From Amoebophrya sp. A120 (taxonomy: Eukaryota; Protista; Dinoflagellata): a stretch of DNA of 64,000 nucleotides. Each line of letters begins with the position of its first letter. Positions within the stretch are counted from its first letter, which is position 1. A program made the translations under genes and the position numbers. This document shows, piece by piece, positions 60,972-64,000 of the stretch. The notes under the pieces are model-generated. The model had not been told where the DNA came from. It was given only the letters and a program-made list of their open reading frames with translations, and made no database searches. The stretch covers positions 3,120,587 through 3,184,586 of the forward strand of contig CAJINV010000010.1 in NCBI GenBank assembly GCA_905178155.1. The letters run 5' to 3'.

Positions 60972-63900
60972 TTACTCCTCTTCATCCGCACAGATTTCAC
61001 TGGCCTCTTCCTCCTCGGACGCTTCATCATTCTCCAAGAAGTCACCATCATCTTCCGAGGATCCATCCTCCCCATCCTCGTCATCGTCATGTCCCTGGAA
61101 TTCCGAGGCATCAAACTCCATGAAGCGTTCCGCGGCCTCCCCGTTGAAATATCAAATGCAAAAATGTCTGGGTCTAGAAGATTCCGAGATTTCTCATGCA
61201 GTTTCTCCAAGCTCCACTAAGTCTGGAATGCAGGACCTAGCATCACCGGATCTGCAGCCCTTCTGTGATGCCTGTTCTGCATGAGAAATGCCCCCTCAGT
61301 ATGGCCAGAAATGGGCACCTTTTGCAAGTCACGCAACACAGATTTTTGTATGATGCGCAACATGCATAACAAGTCCCAATCCTCCAGACCCAGACATTTT
61401 TGCATTTGATATGAAAAAAGGGTCCTCCAACTCCAAAAACGCGTCAAAGCCCGAAGAGTTCCCGTTGCAGTTCTGTTTAATCGTCTCTTCATCCAATTCC
61501 AGCAGTTCTTCATTCTCGTTCTCCTCGTCTTGTTCATAAAACCTCTCGACAAACGCGTCAAAAACCGCTTTTTCCTGTGTCGCTTTTGCAAATTCCTCGT
61601 CGGAGATGAGGCTGCTGTTCAGCGCCGCCACGATTTTTTCCTCATCCAAGTCGATGCCGATCAAAACCAATTCCGTGCAGGACGTCCGGTCGATCGCCCA
61701 AGTTTTTAGCTCTTGCTCCTTGTAAAGCCCTTCGTACTTTTTCAGCTGCTGGAGCTCACTCAACTCCTTCTGTTTCAGCAGCTTTTTCCGCTCCAAGATA
61801 AAAGCCACACTGTTCTCCTCGTCTTCTTGAGTTGTTGCATTATCCCCGTCGCGTCCTCCGCCGTGTCCGAACGCGGTTTTTTCCTCTTGCTGCAGAAACA
61901 GCTCTTCCGGACTCTCCACGCCCGCCTCCCGCATGGCGGATTCAAACGGCTGCCCGGGGTTCAAAGAGAACTGCCGTCCCACGCTGTGCCAGTCCATCCG
62001 GTAGCCGCAGGCGTTCGCGAGCCAAATCTGCCCCTTGGACCGGATTACGCCGTTGAAAATGGCTGACCGGTTGAACTGACTGGTCGTCAGATTCTTCTTG
62101 TTGACACTCGTCGTTTCTTGACCTTGAGCGGCAAGAACGGCAGGACCCTTCTGCGGTTCTTCTTGTTCCACACCAGCGCTGTTGGTGCTCACGGCCGCGA
62201 ACTGCAATTCCTTGTCGTCCTTTTTCACATACTGGTTCAGCATCTGCTTGTTTTGCTGGTTCTTCGGGCACTTGGAACTCCCGCAGCACTTCTTTTTCAC
62301 GACTACAGGCGGCTCTTCAATATTCTCCTCGGTTGCAGCGGGTTTACACAGTTCCTTGAACTTTGGTGGCTTAAAAGCGTGGTCGGAGATTTTCCCGAAG
62401 CCGTTCAGCAGATCAAACAGCTTTTTGGGGTGAAACGGCTTGGACGCGCGAAAAATTACCGAGCTAATCCCATACCGCTCTGCCTGCACCGCCGTCCCCA
62501 TGCAGGCGTCCGTATTCGCGCCGATCTGCTCCTTGCCGAGCTTCGCCGCTTTCCCCGTCCCGTCGTCCTTCAGCAGTTCGTGCATCCACCCGGCCTGGGT
62601 TTCCGCGGTCCGGATATCGAACAGGTTGGTGTTCAAAATTTTCTCGCACGCAACTTTCCCGTGGTCGGTCCAGTAGAGGTTTGCAGCAGGGTTCAATTTG
62701 GTAACCAGGTTTTCTATCAACTTTTTCTTGTACTCCAGGCAGGTGCTGTCTTCTATTTCCAGTTCGGATTTCGCTTGGTCGAGCTCGCGCTGCACGCTCT
62801 CAACCAGCAGGTCTTCCTTGTTCAAGAGAATGACATTTGCGAATTCGATCTGGGCGATCAGTAAACCGGCAATACCCTGGTTCAAGTCGCTATTGTTTTT
62901 TAACTCATGTGGTCGCTGTTCTTCTACTTCACCGCTCTTTCCAGTTGAAGCACCTTCTTTGTCGTCCGATGCAGAGGTGGTCTTCGTCTTCTGCGTCTGC
63001 CCTCCGCCACCAGCAAGCATTGCCTCCTCCTCCTGGATGCTCGCTTCCGCCTCCGCTACCGTCCACTTGGAATTCTTAATCGACTCTTTGGACTGTAATA
63101 CCTCCCAAATGCAGGCGGCGTCGACAACCGTGACCATGGTGTCGAGTCTCGTGCACTTCTGGAGCTGAATGGCCTGGGTGGCGACCAGCTTGCGCTCTTC
63201 TTCAGAAAGAACGCGAGCACTGTTGAATTTTGGAGATGATGGAGAATTTGTTTTACGTATTATCATGTCTACTTGTATTTCATGTTGCTTTGTTCAGCAT
63301 GCACCAGAGAAGGTCTTTTTGTTTTTCAATTTTCAAAAGCTAAAGCGAAGAAAGTTCTACCATCTACTTCGTGGTGGAGGTGGAGGATGACCTTCTACAA
63401 ATAAAGGGTGCTAGAGCCAGAGGTAGTTCATGGTATAGTAGGTTGTAACAAGTACCCTTTTCCATCCGTCACGACTTGTTCCCCGCCCTTCTTTCCGGCC
63501 GCCCGACTTGCGTCGTCAACATCTTTCATGTCAGCAACATCCTTTTCGTCTACAACTTCCTCCTCCTCTTCCTCGACCTCATCCCCCCGAGCAATCTCTT
63601 CTAATTCCTTGATCGAGTGACAGAAGGTTTGCGCGATGGGAACGGGCTCCGCGATGCCCGTAGACTCGATGATGAGGTAGTCGTAATTTGCCGTTTTGTC
63701 GTTCGCCAGCTCTGCAATCTGCTCCACCAGATCCTCCCGCAGCGTGCAGCATATGGCGTTCTCAAACGTTACATTCTCAACGGTTACATGGTTTGTCATG
63801 CGAAATTGCCTTCAGAAGCGCCACCATCAAGCTGCTTCGCATGACAAATTCTCAGAGGGCCAAATTATAGGGTGATAATCGGCGCCAAGTCTGTCATGCC

Positions 63901-64000
63901 AGACGCGCAAGATCTCCCCTATATACTTTTGCCATTCTTGCATCACAAATTCATGTAACAGCTGAGAATGTAACAGTTGAGAACAACGCCATACAGCACA
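60972..64000 (-). CDS. CobW/COG0523 (ZNG1-like) metal-binding GTPase, 5'-truncated by window edge
   Basis: VCCTLREDL, YDYLIIESTGIAEP, LDTMVTVVDA, QIEFANVILLNK, PFHP, VIRSKG, ELVLIG, DPF; two introners and one GT-AG intron. Confidence 0.92.
61150..61411. mobile_element. Introner family A
   Basis: DR TGAAA/TGAAA. Confidence 0.9.
63220..63455 (-). other. Probable canonical GT-AG intron
   Basis: GG|GTACTT...CAACAG|TGCT restores the CobW frame; no TIR or repeat. Confidence 0.7.
63752..63993. mobile_element. Introner family E, splitting the CobW (C)xCC motif
   Basis: DR CAGCA/CAGCA. Confidence 0.9.

Noticed and set aside
9330-62864. Long plus-strand ORFs (e.g. 9330-10238, 51858-52562, 62118-62864)
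   Set aside because: Antisense shadows of minus-strand exons with no recognisable motifs.
5055-63870. Recurrent ORF peptides such as KCKNVWVWK, QKYRTR, YEYDTFA, LPDPDIF
   Set aside because: They are translations of introner TIRs in various frames, not a protein repeat family.

Overview
Eukaryotic, gene-dense DNA in which every gene I could reconstruct (about 13) lies on the minus strand. The coding sequences are interrupted by about 72 short elements (110-440 bp, two of ~1 kb) from at least 12 families, labelled A-L here. Nearly all share one architecture: 5-bp direct repeat / TAT-starting terminal inverted repeat (TIR) ... ATA / 5-bp direct repeat, plus a common internal motif GCAT[GTC]ACAA. 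Deleting each element plus exactly one repeat copy restores long reading frames, checked by hand codon by codon: 15 elements give 2718 aa, 12 give 554 aa, and 6 give a 314-aa Mnd1. There are no conserved GT-AG ends, and members of a family occur in both orientations. They behave as transposon-derived non-canonical introns (introners). This resembles what is described for the syndinian dinoflagellate Amoebophrya; that assignment is my inference. Recognisable products are an LSMT/SETD3-like SET methyltransferase, Mnd1, a CobW/COG0523 GTPase, an AEP/PrimPol-like primase-polymerase, an F-type-lectin-like secreted protein and a possible PEX13-like protein. Other observations: an internal empty-site/filled-site pair, a back-to-back twin element, cargo-carrying long elements, an in-frame exonic hairpin/triplication and several local duplications. 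No transposase, RNA gene or CRISPR array was recognised. Coordinates were counted by hand and may be off by 1-2 nt.
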